NCBI GenBank assembly: GCA_003427395.1
Contig: BFEA01000033.1
Location: forward strand, 3,115,913-3,179,912
Source of the DNA: Chara braunii
Taxonomy: Eukaryota > Plantae > Charophyceae
Reading direction: 5' to 3'
DNA: 64,000 nt
This document shows positions 61,901 through 64,000 of the stretch, in pieces. The translations under genes and the position numbers were made by a program. Numbering within the stretch: the stretch's first letter is position 1; each line of letters opens with the position of its first letter. The notes below the pieces were generated by a model that worked only from the letters and a program-made list of their open reading frames with translations, did no database searches and was not told the origin of the DNA.

Positions 61901-63175
61901 TTGTTGGTGTTCTGAAAAGATATCTTTTGCATCAATAGTGTTGTGGAAGCCAAAAATTTGATATTTATTTTGGGTTTTCGGCTCGTTTTACTTATTTTGA
62001 GAGATCCCCGAGACGTGTGTCTGACCATGCTGTGATCGAGACGGGAAGACACGATCCCTGAGTGACAACCTGACGATGTCCCTCGTTCATCCACTACATG
62101 GCAACCTGACGATGATGCAAAATTGTTCTTGTTGGTGATTTCATAAATTATTTTGACATATATTGGGATGCACATCGTTCATCCAATAAATGGCAACCTG
62201 ACGAGGGAAAAATTTCGTCTATGAATTTTTTTGGTATATATTGAAATGAACATCGTCCATCCTCTCCAGGAGGTCAGTCTGAGGGACTAAATTACCAAGC
62301 CTATGGTGGAATATTGACATCGTTGGGACGTAACTCCCAGCGTAGGCTGTTGACCAAATATAACCATGCCGCGGACCTTCTGGTTTTGGCCTAGAATTGA
62401 GACCTGAGGGGCGGTCGCCCTAGTGAGGGAATCAACTCATATGGTTACTAGAGAGGTCGAGAGTCAGGTCTAGAAACTGGGTAAAACCCAGGATAGGAGG
62501 ATTTACCCGTTATTGCGCAACCAATACGGGAACCACTGTTAATATAACAACATAGTGGGCCGCAGATCTGGCCTGATCAACCGGACTGTAGTGGGCTTAG
62601 ACCGAGACCGCTGATCCCCTCGCATTAGACTTCGGGCGGGACGGTAATATGGTTTAGGTTAAGACCCGCGTCCAAAAGGGGCAAGTTCTATGACTCCTCG
62701 GACAAGCAACGAGGATCTGGGAAGAAAGTCTAAAGATGTGGAAAAGATGATTGTTGTTTCTCTTGGTAATTTTCACCGTTGTTGTACAGATCCAGTATCC
62801 CCACCATTGGTTCATTAAGTTTGGTTTGGGGGTTTTCAGTATGTGGGAGACCCGGGTTAGAATCACTACGATGGTAGAATGTATCAAGGGAGACAATTTG
62901 AATCTTGACTGCATCTCAATCCAGAGACTCGGATTTGGCTATCCACTTATTAAAGATGCGCCTTATTTGGAACAGGGATTAATCTTCTCTTTCGAGCAGG
63001 AAAGAGAAGTACATATATTGTTTTGTATTGTATCATCTGTCTAGTGGTGTTATCAATTTTGTCATATTTCATCATTTGATTTGATTTTGGGAAACGATGT
63101 AAAGGGGAACTGTATGAACAATTGTGATAAACGTCCTTAGCGACAGGGCCGTCGCTTGATAACGTCTGGGAATAC

Positions 63176-64000
63176 TGTCGGACCAAATACCCTTACAAGG
63201 GTATTTGGCCATGCTTTTGCATTTGAGAGAACCGGTCCGGAATGGAAAGGGTGTGCACACTTTGGCGTGACACTTGAAATGATTTTCTCGGCCATTGAGG
63301 CCGGGGCGAATCGATGAGGAAATTTTAAGCATATGCGCGCACATTGTTATGACGCGCGTTGTGATGGCTATGACCAGTAGTAATACCCTCCGACCGAAAA
63401 GGTCGAAGGGTTGATTATATTAGTGTTATGTCGGGTACAGCTACGACACGCACTGAGATTTGGGCTGGTACCTGTCGACCTACCGGTACTGGGCCTCTAA
63501 AAATGCTAATTTTTGTCTTCTTCTGCTCGGCCTCGAATACCCGACACATATATCTCTGCTTGGTGTGGTACCGACCTACCCGCCACTTGAGTGTTTTCCC
63601 CGCCTCGACCCTCAATGTCACGCTCACAACTAAGTACTGGCCCTTCGGGCCGCCTGATCAACTGAGTACCCTTGCGGGTCACACACACACACTCAAGCCG
63701 ATGAGCACTCATACAGACATGCAGACCAGCAAGCGTACACATACACAGACTGAAAAACAGGTTCGGTCCACTAGGCGGACTGAGCCCCACTCCTATACAT
63801 ATACAAGAGTTGCTCCTCTTCTACTCGAAGTAGGAGCGAGCTCATTAGGTTTGGGGGCAAATTATGAAGCTGGAGACGTAGAGACCGATTTGCCCCGGCC
63901 TCGAGTAAGCTCCTTTTTACAAGGAGCTTTATTTCCGTTTTCACCCGCGGATGACTGGCGGGGACTTGAACCCGTGACCTCAAGATCATAGGTTAGTTAG
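63176..64000 (+). repeat. 3' LTR of element C (start only)
   Basis: TGTCGGACCAAATACCCTTACAAGGGTATTTGG; direct repeat of 50490-51340. Confidence 0.9.
63833..63918 (+). ncRNA. Degenerate copy of the putative Pol III small RNA
   Basis: GGAGCGAGCTCATTAGG ... GAGTAAGCTCCTTTTT; A and B boxes eroded. Confidence 0.3.

Overview
Eukaryotic, repeat-dominated region with no convincing intact host gene. The plant-type tRNA-Asp PBS, plant-mitochondrial-like rRNA fragment and GA/GT/TTA microsatellite style suggest a streptophyte, plausibly Chara; this is inference only. About 70% of the window belongs to a family of apparently non-coding Ty3/Gypsy-like (Athila/Tat-type PBS) LTR elements with giant LTRs. 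The LTRs start TGTCGG/TGTCAG plus a 26-bp hairpin and end GCGACA before a tRNA-Asp PBS. Element A (994-20127) has a 9.9-kb 5' LTR. Segment B (20128-30890) is an inverted sister copy. Element C (50490->64000) has a 5.5-kb 5' LTR. An older minus-strand LTR appears split into 1-993 and 30891-33474. The LTR 5' regions carry a conserved ~85-nt Pol III-type unit (A box, B box, terminal stem, T-run), seven copies in the window, facing a tRNA-3'-half-like unit. Between the retroelements (33.5-50.5 kb) lies a co-oriented minus-strand cluster: a decayed Ulp1/C48 protease, a decayed Plavaka-type transposase, unknown decayed ORFs and an open, highly divergent histone H3-like ORF. The same interval holds a 136-bp hairpin tandem array and a hAT-like MITE; a second MITE sits in the terminal hairpin of the older LTR. 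A small SSU rRNA 3'-end fragment lies inside LTR C. Most ORFs in the supplied track are microsatellite artefacts. Part of the A/B inverted repeat may be an assembly artefact, since N positions are shared between copies. All assignments are by eye; no searches were run.
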